Counted from the stretch's first letter, positions 1 to 15,245 are shown. The stretch is 64,000 nt of DNA from Octopus vulgaris (GCA_951406725.2 OX597821.1:92442001-92506000), one strand, 5' to 3'. Notes: generated by a model from the letters alone, not told the origin. Numbers and translations: made by a program.

Positions 1-501
1 TCTGAATCTTACTTTCATCTAATAAGTGATAAGGAAGGAATAGAGACGAGATGACAGGGTATTATTTATAATTGATTTATTTTAATCCGGATTAAACATG
101 TCCAAAGTTTCAGTTTACCTGAAGTCATATTTTATTTAATATTATTTTTGTATTATTATTATTGTAGTCTTTGTTCCTCCTCTTCTATTTGCCTTCCTGA
201 TTTTACCGAATACAAGTCTTATTTGTTGTTGTATATAATGGAATGTTTCAAAGTCATCATTTTTGTTGTGTTTATTGGTATTGTTGTTATGTCTAAGATT
301 ATATTGTTGAACATGGTCACTCCATGCAGCTTCCACTTTCAAATATCATTTCAATTTTCTTGGTGAGTGTTGGATTTTTCTTTTCTTCTTTTTTTCACTA
401 GTTTTAGTTTTATTCTTTTTTTTTATGTTCAATTCTTTTGCTTGCATGCTGGTTCAATACACAGGCTTTCTGTTCTCAGAAGAATTTTATAAGTGTTTTG
501 A

Positions 502-731
502 AGGCAGTGAGCTGGCAGAAATGTTAGCACACTGGGCGAAATGCTTAGTGGTATTTTGTCTGCTGTTATGTTCTGAGTTGAAATTCTGCTGAGGTCGACT
601 TTGCCTTTCATCCTTTCAGGGGTCGATAAACGAAGTACCAGTTATGCACTGGTGTCAATGTAATTGACTTAATCCCTTTGTCTGTCCTTGTTTGTCCCCT
701 CTATGTTTAGCTCCTTGTGGGCAATAAAGAA
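502..731 (+). mobile_element. SINE family B
   Basis: Colinear with 47340-47568. Confidence 0.88.
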
Positions 732-2356
732 ATGAGAAGAATTTGATAAATATATTGTTCATTTTACACACATACAACATAAAACATATGTGTATGCTGT
801 GTTTTTGTAAGTATATTTGTGCTTTTTATGTGTTTGTGTGTGTGAGTGTTGTGTATGTATGTGTAAATTAAAAGATATCATCATCAACATCACCATTGTT
901 AAATGTCCTCCTTCCATATCTTTAAAAACAACACTCATGAAATACTTTTGAAAATAGAAACCCTGAGAATTGAAATAACATATGAGAAAAAACATAAGTA
1001 TACACCATTTATACAAAATTATCAGACAAAATGTTTTTCTACCACTCAAGTACACAACATGTAGCAAAATACTTTAAATGTGAAAGGTTTACAGCCATGT
1101 AAGGCTGTTCATATGCTGCATGAATAGCCACTATTATATGGGGAAATTTCTGGAAATATCCAAAACATGCATACGAATGGCTTGCAAATAATAAAAGAAA
1201 GACCTTTTAGCCAAGTGGGTTCAAACTAGGAGGGGTCAATAATGAAACTGCAAAAGTGAATATTTATAATACATAAGTGAATAAATACTTCATAGTGGTA
1301 ATAGAATATAATTCTAATATATATGGAAAACAGAGTGATTAATTAGCTAAAAAGGAAGGCAATAACATGTACCTGTAACCTTTGGTGATAGGCTATGCTT
1401 GAGAAGACCTGTCAAGCCAAGTGAAACCATAGTCATGACTGATACCAATGTCATGTAATAGGCACCCATGATGGTGGCACATAAAATGCACCCTTCCAAA
1501 TTTGGGCTTTGTAAATACTTACTCATGATTAGCATAAGTGAAACCGGTTGACTATGTAAATATTTTATTTTATAGCTATATATTTTTTCCAACAAAAAAT
1601 ATTTTGTGCATTGACACTCTTTTATATGGAATTCAAAAGAACCTTTAAAATCCAAAAGGTTTTTGAGAGAAGCACCACGAACTAAAAGTTCAAGAAAGTG
1701 CTCAGAAAGCCACTGATATACAACTGTTACATGCCATGTGTTCTGCACAGTGTGAGTGCCACTGTTTAAGGTTGGCATCAGTTTATTGGCTGCAACTGTC
1801 ATAGCAACACGTACCATGTGTTTTATTCTGTGGTAAAAGTGTCAAATATTCCTGTACATATCTGTCAGTAATCGGATATTTATCAATACCTCATGAAATC
1901 AAGTTGTTGGGAGAACTGATAGAGATGTGAAGCATCTGTCTGAGGAGTATCATGCTGGAACAAGCATTATAATCAATCTTAAAAAAATAGAAGAATGAAC
2001 TGTTGAACTTGCATTCTAAAAATGATGAAGAGAATTTAATGAGAAAAAGAATAAGAAAAATCACATTGAGGGAATAATTAATAACTTGATTGTGTTTTGA
2101 TGAGGTGGATTTCTTAGTGTCAGATTGAGCATATTTCAATTCACAGTTTGGATTCCTGTAAGCTATGTCAAATATATATAATCCCCTACCTTGACACTGT
2201 GTGGTATGAACTCTCCATTGGCATGCCACTAATATGAATAATCCTAACTTGTTGGATGGTTGAAATTGTGGTGTCACCTTAGTAAAGTGATTAACATAGC
2301 TGTATACACAGCTGTATATAAATGTCGCTAGAAGCAAGGACCACCAAGCATATATT

Positions 2357-2590
2357 GGCATATTTTGGTCATATTATGCGGAGAAATCCCTGGAGAAGGA
2401 CATCATGCTCGAAATGGTCAGTGGCAAGAGAGGAAGAGGCCGACCAAGAACCCGCTGGTTTGACACCATCAAGAGTGATACCGGAATGGACATAGCCAAT
2501 CTGAAAGAAGTGGCCCAGGATAGAACTGACTGGAGGACACTAATCCACTGAGTAACCAAGAGTCGACTTCGACTGAGCAGATAGATAGAG
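2357..2590 (+). mobile_element. RTE/BovB-like LINE 3' end
   Basis: YFGHIMR, SLEKDIMLEMVSGKRGRGRPRTRWFD, AQDRTDWRTLIH*VTKSRLRL. Confidence 0.85.
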
Positions 2591-2599
2591 AGATAAAAA

Positions 2600-2835
2600 A
2601 GTTAAAGTTACCTTATCGAGTCATGTCAACTCATAAAGGTTGGTTTGTCAGTTTCCATGGCATATAACCTCCCCACCCAGACGGGATGCTGGTCTGTCGC
2701 AGGATTATCTCATTTTTGCCAACTGAGTGAACTGGAGCAATGTAAAATGAAGTGTTTTGTTCATGAACACAACACAACATCCAATCCAGGAATCGAAAGC
2801 CACAATCTTACGATCAGGAGTCCAATACTCTAACC
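2600..2835 (-). mobile_element. Older tRNA-derived SINE (family D); related copy at about 40250-40545
   Basis: gaactggagcaatgtaaaatgaagtgttttg...ccaggaatcgaa (reverse B-box) shared between the two loci. Confidence 0.65.
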
Positions 2836-3053
2836 CAGCGTTTCTCATCCTGGGTTCCCTGGAATCTTAGGGTTCCACAAAAGGTTCCTAGGGGTTCTGC
2901 GAGAAAGAGTGAGACAAGCTAATGCTAATTTCACGATCATAATATTACTATACATGCACAACACCTTAATGGTTATTATAGTATTGTAATATAGACATCA
3001 TCCTATCTAACCTATTATGTTATCAAAAAAATTTGGCAACCACATATTTATAT

Positions 3054-3084
<31 letters not shown>

Positions 3085-3137
3085 CATACATACATACATA
3101 GAACATACATACATACACACATACATACATATATATA

Positions 3138-3173
<36 letters not shown>

Positions 3174-3221
3174 TGTATGTATGTATGTATGTATGTATGT
3201 ATATATATATGTGTATATATA

Positions 3222-3252
<31 letters not shown>

Positions 3253-3405
3253 ATGCATGTATATATATATATATATATGATATTTACCACATTCACTATG
3301 ATGAAAAAATATAAGATGTGGTGTATAATATTCTTTGTGCAGTGGTTCCTTAAAATGTCATTTATTTTAAGGGTTACACAAGGGTAAAAAGGTTGAGAAA
3401 CACTG
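2836..3405. mobile_element. hAT-type MITE with internal microsatellite
   Basis: TIRs CAGCGTTTCTCA / TGAGAAACACTG; imperfect 8-bp TSD CTCTAACC / CTCTAATA. Confidence 0.75.
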
Positions 3406-3610
3406 CTCTAATAATTAAGCGATGCACATTCAATATGGCTATATGGCTTACACAGACTCTTACTTCATTGCTCATAGGAGATATGGCTTTTCCTCATCTT
3501 CAATATGTGATAATGAACAGAATATTGAAGGTAAATATGAATTTTCACAAGAGCTTCGAATTAAATATTTCAAGATTTAATATAATAGTGTCTATAGTAA
3601 CTGTAAAGTT

Positions 3611-4460
3611 CATCATCATCATCATCATCATCATTTAACGTTCGTTTTCCATGCTGGCATGGGTTGGATGGTTTGACTGGGGACTGGCAACCCAGAAGGA
3701 CACACCAGGCTCCAATCTGATCTGGTAATGTTTCTACAGACGGATGCCCTTCCTAATGCCAACCACTCCGAGGGTGTAGTGGGTGCTTTTTATGTGTCAC
3801 CAGCATGGGAGCCAGTCAGATGGCACTGGAATTGCCCATGTTCGGATGGTGCATTTTATGTGCTACCAGCACAGGAGCCATTTGGGGGTGGGGTGGGGTG
3901 GGGCTGGCATTGACAACGTTTGGGTGGTGCTTTTTATGTGCTACTAGCATGGGAGCCAGTCAGGTGGCACTGGCATCAGCCACAACTACAATTTCCATTT
4001 GATTGTGATTTGATTTTTGATTTTGATTTTGCTTGACTCAATAGGTCTCCTCAAGCACGACGTGTCGCCCGACAATTCAAAGGTACTTTTTAAATGGGCT
4101 GGTTATGCGACACTGGTATAGGCTACCGCTGTGATCTCACCTTACTTGCTGGATCTTCTCAGCCGCAGTATATCTCCAGAGGTCTCAGTCTTTCATCATT
4201 GCCTCTGTGAAGCCCAACATTTAAAGGTCATGCTTCACTACCTCATCCCATGTCTTCCTGGGTTTCCCTCTTCCACAGGTTCCTTCCGCTGTTAGGGAGT
4301 GACACTTCTTCACACAGCTCTCTTTATCCATACACAGCACGTAACCATACCAACGCAGTCATGTCTCTTGCACTCCACATCTGATGCTTCTTATGACCAA
4401 CATTTTTCTCAGGGTGCTTACACTTTGTCATGTATGCACACTGACATTATACATCCAGCG
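3611..4460 (-). mobile_element. RTE-clade LINE 3' end, same family
   Basis: Minus strand LRWYGYVLCMD, GTCGRGKPRKTWDEVV; UTR with tandem ggtgctttttatgtg units; (CAT)n = tail. Confidence 0.85.
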
Positions 4461-4826
4461 GATCATAACTCTGGTCTGCAAATATATTTACCGATGATGA
4501 GGGCTGAAGAATTCTCACAGACCAAAGAGGAAGCTCTACGTATCCTGACTGATTGTGCACAGTCACTCGTTTTCCTAGAAACTGCAGCCAAATCTCCTTC
4601 AAATCATATTTTGTCATATTAAGAGAGAATAACACATTGGCTAATACAATCACAGCTATACATCTGAAATAAACAGAAGAGATGGTCATGGCTTGAATGT
4701 CTTTTGCCATAGTACAACCATTTTTCAGTCTTTCTAGGAGTGAGCAAATTGGAAAGATCAGTTACCACCCAAGGTCAAAAGTCATGTTACACAGTGTAAT
4801 ATAATGTTTTCTTTTATATATAATTA

Positions 4827-5025
4827 ACTCTTTACTCTTTTACTCTTTTACTTGTTTCAGTCATTTGACTGCGGCAATGCTGGAGCACTGCCTTTAATCA
4901 AGCAAATCGACCCCAGGACTTATTCTTTGTAAGCCTAGCACTTATTCTAAGTTACGGCGATGTACACACACCAGCATCGATCGTCAAGCGATGTTAGGGG
5001 AACAAACACAGACACACAAACATAT

Positions 5026-5068
<43 letters not shown>

Positions 5069-5222
5069 TACGATGGGCTTCTTTCAGTTTCCATCTCACA
5101 AGGCTTTGGTCGACCCAAAGCTATAGTTGAAGACACTTGCCCAAGGTGCCACACAGTGGGACTGAACCAGGAACGATGTGGCTGTTAAGCAAGCTACTTA
5201 CCACACAGCCACTCCTATGCCT
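4827..5222 (-). mobile_element. SINE family A
   Basis: Reverse-complement match to family A with ctctttta tail. Confidence 0.88.
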
Positions 5223-5723
5223 AACGATATTTTTCACGTGAAAATGCATATAAAAGTAGATATTACTGCCTTTTAGGAGGGTCATTCTGCTAACATAAAC
5301 ACATGCATGGGTTGTGGTTCACTTCTGTTGTAAGAGATTGATTGATTAATATGAAAGTAAACAACAACTAGTATGCGTGTTTATATTGGTAAAACAACTT
5401 TTCGTAAATACAGTTATAGAAAATACTGCTTTTAATATATAGTCATTGACAGTAATTCTCTGGAGAATAATTCAATGAAAAACCATTTAAATAGGATGTT
5501 TAGTATATGTGTGTGTGTGTATTTTTGTGTGCATTTGTTTCTTAGGAAAGGTGTGTGGTTTTAGTAGATGTGTGTGTGTATGTGTGACTGATCAAGGAGA
5601 CACGTACTGTGAGATTTTGATAGAGTGAAAAAGACATGTATATATATGTATGTATATATGTGTGTATGTATATGGATAGATGACTATAGATAGATATGTG
5701 AGTATTTATGTGTGTGTGCATGA

Positions 5724-5800
<77 letters not shown>

Positions 5801-6001
5801 TATGTGTGTGTATGCATGTATGCATGTATGTATGCATTATATATAAGTGTGTGCATGTGTATGTATGTATATATGTTTGTAAAGAGAGAGAGAGAGTGGG
5901 AGGAGAGATACCTTTCGTCTGAGAGTATTGATAATAAAACAATCTCAGATTTATCAAGGATGAATAAATGGGAAATTGTTTCAGCTAAGTTCTCAAACAG
6001 A

Positions 6002-6090
6002 AGAAGATGGGTTTTGAGGATGTGGATGGAGTGAGATGGTAGAAGGTTAGAAGGAGACAAGACATGTGCGTGTATATGTATGTGTATAAA

Positions 6091-6138
<48 letters not shown>

Positions 6139-6213
6139 CACATACACACACATCTTGTCTCCTTCTAACCTTCTACCATCTCACTCCATCCACATCCTGA
6201 AAACCCATCTTCT
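6002..6213. repeat. 61-bp inverted repeat around a (TA)n spacer
   Basis: Arms 6002-6062 and 6153-6213, one mismatch. Confidence 0.9.
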
Positions 6214-6259
<46 letters not shown>

Positions 6260-6271
6260 CACATATTTATA

Positions 6272-6406
<135 letters not shown>

Positions 6407-7071
6407 ATATATATATATGTGTGTAAAACAACAAAGAATGAGTGTTTAAAGAAGAATGATAGAAAAAGCAGAAGATAGACAACAAAGATTGAAGAAGAAA
6501 GAAGAAAGAAGAAATAAAGAATAAAACAAACGAAAAAGATGAAGGAAAAGAAGTGGGAATGAGAACACGAAGAATGTCTTGGTTTGCTATAATGGGTAAT
6601 TCCTCTTAAATATCATTGCTGAACAATCTTGAAGATTTATTAAATCTATCTCATTTTAGCCCTCTTTTGTCTATGAGGTGCAAAAAACAACATTATCCGT
6701 CCTTCATGTTTTTTTTATTTTTTTTTGTATTTGTTTTCATTTTGGTGATTTTCACGGATATTTTAACTTTTTACTTTGTTTTCTTTCCAATATATATAGT
6801 TCTTATATTGTTTGTGTATTTTGCTTTTTTTTTGGTATATTGTTTCTATGTTATGTGTTTATTAGTTTGTTTGTCTGTTTTATTTATTTGTGTTTTTGCA
6901 GAGATTTTTCGTGTTATATTTTTGTTTACTATTCTTTATCCTTAATGTTTGTTTGTTTTTTTTTATTTTGTTTTCATCCTCTCTCTCTCTCTTCAATTAT
7001 CTTTTCTTCATACTCTGCCCTCTTTCTCTACACAGCCGAAAACCCAGACAGAGATGCACACACGCACACTT

Positions 7072-7106
<35 letters not shown>

Positions 7107-7171
7107 CACACACATGAACTCATGCACTCACATATCTTGCTATGTGTTTTCATATTTATGTAATTATGTAT

Positions 7172-7213
<42 letters not shown>

Positions 7214-7226
7214 GTGTGTGTTTATG

Positions 7227-7277
<51 letters not shown>

Positions 7278-7326
7278 TGTGTGTGTTTATGTATATATAT
7301 ATATACATATATATATATATACATAA

Positions 7327-7394
<68 letters not shown>

Positions 7395-7977
7395 GTGTGT
7401 CCGTGTATGTATATATATATATATATATATATAAACATACCATCATCACACAGATACATATGTATAATTGGTGTATGTGTGTATACACTCGCACATACAC
7501 ATATAAATATATGCAAATATATGTATAATATCTTTCTGTCTATCTATCTATCCCTTTATATATTCATGCATGTGTGTGTGAAGAAAGAGAAAGATAGCTA
7601 AATCCAGATGTTGGTGTATATAAAAAAAGAGTGAGGGAAAGATAGAGATATGAAGATATAAATCAAGAAAAGAGACAGAGAGAAAGAAGTCGGGACATGT
7701 AAAAGAAAGGAGAGAGAATGAGACGTGGAGTGAGAGAAGTTTTATGGTAACTGTTTGCTGCTAAAGGAATGGCAAGTGTGTGATTTGTGATTATGCTATG
7801 GGTCATGTATTTGGTGATGGACCTCTCTTTATTCAATGACCATTATGATAGAAATCAGCGCCATAACAACATCGTCACTTTGCAGACTGCCTGCAGTGGG
7901 ACTTGCACAAATAATGAAATATGTGTGTCAGTATGTATGGCCATATTTGTGAGCTTATATGATTATGTGTAGGCATG

Positions 7978-8017
<40 letters not shown>

Positions 8018-8033
8018 AATATATATGTGTATA

Positions 8034-8079
<46 letters not shown>

Positions 8080-8847
8080 TGTGTATGTGTATGTATGTAT
8101 GTAGATATGTATATTATATATACATACGTATATATGTATATATATATATATATATACACACACACATCCATGCAGTTGTATATGTGTATATATATATATA
8201 TATGTATGTATGTAAATGTATATGTATATATGGATATATGTGTCTGAGTGTAGTGGGGGGTGTAAAAGCACCAACACATTTGAACACTTATATACATATA
8301 TAGTTTGTTGTAACTGGTGTCTTTTCCTTATTTCATTGGGGTTTTTTTTACATTTTTTTTATTTATGCTAGTATGGTTTCCATGGCATACATTCGATATT
8401 TTTTGTTGCATGAACCAAATAAGAATTCTCAAAACTGATAGTAGATTAGACTAATTATTATTTTATAATAGATGGTGATGACTAATGGTCCATGATTTTA
8501 ATTTCATCTCTATACCAAGTTTCTTGCACATGGTAATCATCAGACGGATCTGGAAACAAAAAATCTCCATGAAGAATAGATTCTGTGTGTATTTTTGCAT
8601 TCAGAACTGACGTATATACTTTAAACCATTATAGTTTTCATTCTTCAACATTATCCACATCATCTCCATCATTATCACTGCTATTATCACCATTACTATC
8701 ATTTCTGAAGCCTTTCTCATCACCATTGCAAAAATGCTCAGTATTGTTACTACCATTATTTAGGTGGTGAGCTGGCAGAATGCTTAGAGGCATTTCGTCC
8801 GATTTTACATTCTGAGTTCAAATCCTACCAAGGTTGACTTTGCCTTT

Positions 8848-9194
8848 AGTCAAGCAAATCGACCCCAGGACTTATTCTTTGTAAGCCTAGTACTTATTCT
8901 ATCGGTCTCTTATGCCAAACCACTAAGTTACAGGGATGTAAACACACTAGCATCAATGTCAAGCAATGTTGGGGAAAACACACACACAAACATATACAAA
9001 CACATACATATACATACATACATATATATATATATATACAATGGGCTTCTTTCAGTTTCCATCTACCAAATCCACTCACAAAGCTTTGGTCGGCCTGAGG
9101 CTATAGTAGAAGACATTTGCCAAGGTACCATACAGTGGGACTGAACCTGGAACCATGTAGTTTGTTAGCAAGCTACTTACCACACAGCCATATG

Positions 9195-9197
<3 letters not shown>
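8848..9197 (-). mobile_element. SINE family A (tail missing, fused to a family B head)
   Basis: Family A body abutting 8762-8847. Confidence 0.85.
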
Positions 9198-9231
<34 letters not shown>

Positions 9232-9521
9232 GTATATAATAGGAAAAAAGCAACAAGAATGGATTAAAATCTCGGTACGATCGTTTCGTACGAGGACATC
9301 TTTAATAAGCTACAAAAAATGCAGTGAATACAGATGGCTCGTACTTGTCAGCCGAAAAAACATCAGAGAATTCCCAAACATCAAAAGGGGTAGATACAAA
9401 AGAGGTTGTAAGATTAGCTGCATTGAAGAAAGTTCGATTCATGAAGATCCGATGAAAGGTTTTAAACCTATAGAATTTATGCATGTCTACATATAGCTCA
9501 TATTGAATCTCAATTTCTTAA

Positions 9522-9563
<42 letters not shown>

Positions 9564-10019
9564 TGACATTAAAATAATGATGATGATCCTAAGCATCATG
9601 TGTGTGTGTGTGTGTGTATCACTTTTTAATAATTTCCATGTCAAACTGTTGGCATATTTTGGTGAATATACTCGGACTTTATAACCAAATATTACATGGT
9701 CAGGAGCTCCAGTGTACTGTCGCATTATTGCCACTTGATATTAGCATTATTTTTCTTTATTACATTTTTATAATGAGACAATATTAGATTTATACTTTTA
9801 ATCTGGAGCTTCTAAGTTACTGCTTGCTTTTGCTCTGGCCATACAACCTCTCTTCAAAATCCTGTTAATTGAGATTTAACACATACACACATACAAATAT
9901 ATAGGCATATGTTTGTGTGTCAGGGGTAGCGTTTGACTTTTTCCAAAAAAGAAGGTTTTAGACTTGAAATTCTGCCCACAATTATTTATAGCTTTATCTG
10001 CTTCATTTACACCATTATT

Positions 10020-10232
10020 GGTTTAAATTTTGGCTGAACACCAGAAATTTCAAGGGTAAGGGTAAGTAGATTTCATGAACTCTGGTGTCCAACTTGACAT
10101 TATTTTATCAACCGTGAAAGGATGAAAGCCAAAGTCACCCTCAGCAGAATTTGAACTCAGAACGTAAAGACAGACAAGATGCCACTAAGCATTTTGCTCA
10201 GCATTCTAACGGTTCTACTGGCTCATCACCTT
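10020..10232 (-). mobile_element. SINE family B variant
   Basis: gaaaggatgaaagccaaagtc, gaatttgaactcagaacgtaaag. Confidence 0.75.
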
Positions 10233-11157
10233 GAATAACACCATTATTGAAAATTAATTTACTTTATAATATGTACATGTGTGTGTGTGTGTGTATGTGT
10301 GTGCATATGTACATGTGTTTCTTATAAAATCTCCATATTCACCACTGTGTTACTTTGTTATTTTTCAAGACTTTATATTTTTCTCTATAACAGAAGTACT
10401 TGTTTTATAATGCTGGTGTGTAAAATGAGACTTACACATCACACCCATTGAATCTCCCATAAAACACACCAATTGTAATGCATAAAAAGACCTACAAACC
10501 AATCAGGAACATTTAAATGAGACATAGAAATACAAACAAATGCATAAAAAAAAAAGCAATAATCACAAATAATAATGCACACTGCAAAAACACATTCATG
10601 CAGGCATTTGTCATAACTATACATATATCCATACACTTGCTCATAATTACCAGATTCACAATACATACTGTAAAGCTATGCACACATACACGTGTGTACA
10701 CACAGAAGTTCCATATAATTGTTTCCACAGTGGTACATGTACGTATGAAATCTCATTCCTTCTCAGTCTCTTTTGGTTGGTTAATCCTTGAAATTTTCAA
10801 CTTAAATTCAAATGTATTTCATTGTTACTCTCATCTTCTTTCATTCCTTCACAATATTCACAATATCCTATCAAATATTCTGAAAAGGAGCTTAAACTCA
10901 AAATGCTAGACATCTCCATTTGTTTGACCTTTCATTATATGTTAAAGTAAGAATTAAAGCTTGTTTTCACTTTTCACTTCTTACATTAAGAAGTACAACT
11001 GGCCTAAGTTCTTACACATATATTTATAAGTTTATTCTTGTATATATATATATATATGAATATATTCATATTTAGATATACATGTATACATATATATATA
11101 TATATATATATATGCATGTATACATATATACATATGTATGTATACATACATATATAC

Positions 11158-11234
<77 letters not shown>

Positions 11235-11236
<2 letters not shown>

Positions 11237-11612
11237 CGCAGGAGTGGCTGTGTGGTAAGTAGCTTGCTTACCAACCACATGGTTCCGGGTTCAGTCCCAC
11301 TATGTGGCACCTTGGGCAAGTGTCTTCTACTGTAGCCTCGGGCCAACAAAAGTCTTGAGAGTGGATTTGGTAGATGGAAACTGAAAAACGCCTGTCTATG
11401 TATATATGTATATGTATATATATATATATGTGTGTTTGTGTTTGTAGATCTGTGTTTGTCTCCCACAACATCACTTCACAACCAATTCTGGTGTATTTAC
11501 TTACCCGTAACTTAGCAGTTCAGCAAAAAGGATGAATAGAATAAGTACTAGTTTTACAAAGAATACGTCCTAGGGTCGATTTGCTCGACTGAAGGCGCTG
11601 CTCCAGCATGGC
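11235..11612 (+). mobile_element. SINE family A
   Basis: ggcgcaggagtggctgtgtggtaag head directly after (TA)n. Confidence 0.88.
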
Positions 11613-11716
11613 TTTATATATATATATATGCATAAATACATACATACATGCCTAAATTTATATGTACAAATATATATATGTATGTATGTATATATGTATA
11701 TATGTATATATCTATA

Positions 11717-11757
<41 letters not shown>

Positions 11758-12418
11758 GTGTATGTGCGTGCATTTCATTTATATATATACATATGCATTC
11801 TAGTTGGAAAAACTGACCAGTCTAACATATGCCATCATGAATATTAGACATTAAGGGACGATGATAATGACGATGATGATGATGATGATGTTTATCATAA
11901 CCGTGATTATGAGTGCGATCATGATGAAGGCAATATTTTTCATTTCTAAGTAAACATATATGTGGTAGATATACTTACTGAGGTTTTGGTAAAAATTCTT
12001 CAGTCTTTTTCTTTTTTGCCAATTACATTTTTTTTTTGTTGTTGATATTGGATTTATTTCAAATTTTTTATTGTTAGCTATGTTTTCATATTGATGTGAA
12101 TGTCTGTTATAAAGCAGTATTATTAGTATTATTATTGTTGTTGTCTTCTTCACTGCCATGGCCTTCACCACACCTAGCACCGTTCCCACTATCATCATCA
12201 TCACCGTCATCACCATTGTGACGAGGCAAACATCAATAAAAAAGCTATTTGGACGCAAGATGTGAAAACAGTTATTCAAAACAAATATAATAATATTTAG
12301 TATTTGATTTAGGGAAATTATATTGTCTGTCTTTATTTATACACACATTATATACATGTGTTTTATGGACATAGTTCAACACACATTCACTCATACAAAT
12401 ATACATATGCATAAATAA

Positions 12419-12462
<44 letters not shown>

Positions 12463-12827
12463 TATATATAAATACATATATGTATATATGTATATATATA
12501 TGTGTGTGTGTATGTATGTATATATGTATGCATGTATGCATGTATGTATGTATATATGTGTGCGAGAGTGTATGTATCTTTCTATTTTAGAAGCATAATA
12601 TACTCATAGAGGAACACAGATAATTTTACTCATATGATACCAACAATAATACATACATGGACATATGGTATATTGCATTCAAACACACAACACATACACA
12701 TGTGCGTGAATATATATGTGCGTGTATATATATATATACACATATGTATATATATATATATATACATACATATATATACACACAAACACATATATATATA
12801 TACATATGTATATATATATATATATAC

Positions 12828-12862
<35 letters not shown>

Positions 12863-12864
<2 letters not shown>

Positions 12865-13210
12865 CGCAGGAGTGGCTGTGTGGTAAGTAGCTTGCTTACC
12901 AACCACATGGTTCCGGGTTCAGTCCTGCTGCGGGGCACATTGGGCAAGTGTCTTCTACTGTAGCCTCAGGCCGACCAAAGCCTTGTGAGTGGATTTGGTA
13001 GATGGAAACTGAAAGAAGCCCGTCGTATATATATGTATATATATATGTGTGTATGTATGTTTGTGCGTCTGTGTTTGTCCCCCTAGCATTGCTTGACAAC
13101 CGATGCTGGTGTGTTTATGTCCCCATCACTTAGCGGTTCGGCAAAAGAGACCGATAGAATAAGTACTGGGCTTACAAAAGAATAAGTCCCGGGGTCGAGT
13201 TGCCTGATTA
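12863..13210 (+). mobile_element. SINE family A
   Basis: Same head after (TA)n; 3'-truncated. Confidence 0.88.
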
Positions 13211-13256
13211 TCTCTGTCTCTCTATCAATATCTAACTGTTTATCTATCTATCTATA

Positions 13257-13765
13257 CGAATTGAAGGCATGACTGCTCTCGATTATTGGGACTGTCTTAA
13301 AGCCTTGAAACTCTACTCTCTCCAGTGCCGTCACAAGCAGTACATCATTTGTACGATGTGAAGAATATGCCGCCAACTATGCCCAAACGACCTGAACACT
13401 AGTTTCAAGGTTCATCCAAGGCTGGGACCACAGGCCATACGTCCCCTGCCCAATTCAGGATCACAACATATAGGTACACTGCAACATAATTTCTTTTCCT
13501 CAATGGGTTCTGCCCTGTTTAACATTGTCCCAAAAGAGATCAAAGAGGAAAAGGATCCCATCACCTTTAAATGGAGTCTGGACAGATTTCTCCAAGGAAT
13601 ACCGGATAAGCCACCCATACCTGGATACAACTCACTCAGCAAGAACTCAATACGTGAATGGACCATAAACAAAATTTGACTTAGACAGGATTTAGATAAT
13701 CATATCAGATGGTGCTATTAAGTTAGACATGGCCTGGACCAATGTTTGGTCGAAATATATCTAAG
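13257..13765 (+). mobile_element. CR1-type LINE 3' end
   Basis: IEGMTALDYWDCLKALKLYSLQ...ALFNIVPKEIKEEKDPITFKWSLDRFLQGIPDKP...KNSI. Confidence 0.8.
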
Positions 13766-14281
13766 TTTTATATATATATATATGTATGTCTATATATGTG
13801 TGTAGATGTATATATGTATATATATGTATATTTATATATGTGTGTAGATGTATATATATATGTATATATATATATATATAGATTTATATATATGTGTAGA
13901 TGTATATATATATATATATACCTATGTATGTGCATGTGTATATGCATGTGTGTTTGACAGGATGGAATAGCTAGACAGTACATCTGTATGTATATATATG
14001 TATATGTGCATGTCTATATATTTGTATATATATATATATATATATATATACATACACACTGTAAGAAATCTGTGTCTCTTTACAGGAAGTATATTTATGT
14101 GTGCTTGTGCGAGTGTGTGCAGGTGTGTGTGTGTGTGGAAATCTAAATACACGTGTATCTATATCTGCATATATGTGCTTATATACATAGATAGCAACGT
14201 AAATCAATATTTGATTTTTGGAAATTATGTCTATCCATATTATTTACATTCAGATATTTTAACACAAGTACAAACAAGCAC

Positions 14282-14327
<46 letters not shown>

Positions 14328-14577
14328 ATATATATATACATATAGGAACAAATATATATGTATGCTCACACATACACACACATATATAAGCAAACACAAA
14401 CTCACACAAACACACACACACATATATATAACAAATTTTAACAAGTATAGACATCTAGAAATGTATACTATGTATATCTGAATGTGCATATCTCATTATA
14501 TGTGTGTATATGAATGGATATTTTTATGTTTGTACATATATACATTCACACATAAATTTACAAATAAACACACACAC

Positions 14578-14629
<52 letters not shown>

Positions 14630-14733
14630 GTATATATATATATATTTATATATATGTATATATATATAGACATGTAGATATATATAAATATGTGTATGTA
14701 TGTATATATATCTATTTATCTCTCTCTCTCTCT

Positions 14734-14845
<112 letters not shown>

Positions 14846-15201
14846 CATATATATGTATGTATATATATATATATAAACATAGAGTATGAGATAATTTGAC
14901 AATTTTATCAATTTCTAACAGCAGCCAAGCCGTTTCTGGAACTTTCTGTCATAAGATATAATTTGTATGGAAAAGAAAACTTCTAAATTATGTTTTAAGA
15001 CAGAAAACGTTTCCTTTTATTTTGCTTTTATTTTCAATTATCTTTCAAAAATCGAAGAAATTTGAGGAGACCCACGCCACACACAATTGTTGAAGTGAAA
15101 ATAAGCATTTATTTAGACACATATGTTTGGACGCATTCATTACACGCACAAATACTAATACATACACAAAATGCTTCTTCCACACGCACGCACACACACA
15201 C

Positions 15202-15245
<44 letters not shown>

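Noticed and set aside
1347-2361. Two 156-aa minus-strand ORFs as host exons
   Set aside because: No recognisable domain and no convincing splice-site pair; one runs into a LINE UTR fragment.
4447-4710. Possible exon next to the RTE fragment
   Set aside because: No recognisable protein motif or clear splice signals.
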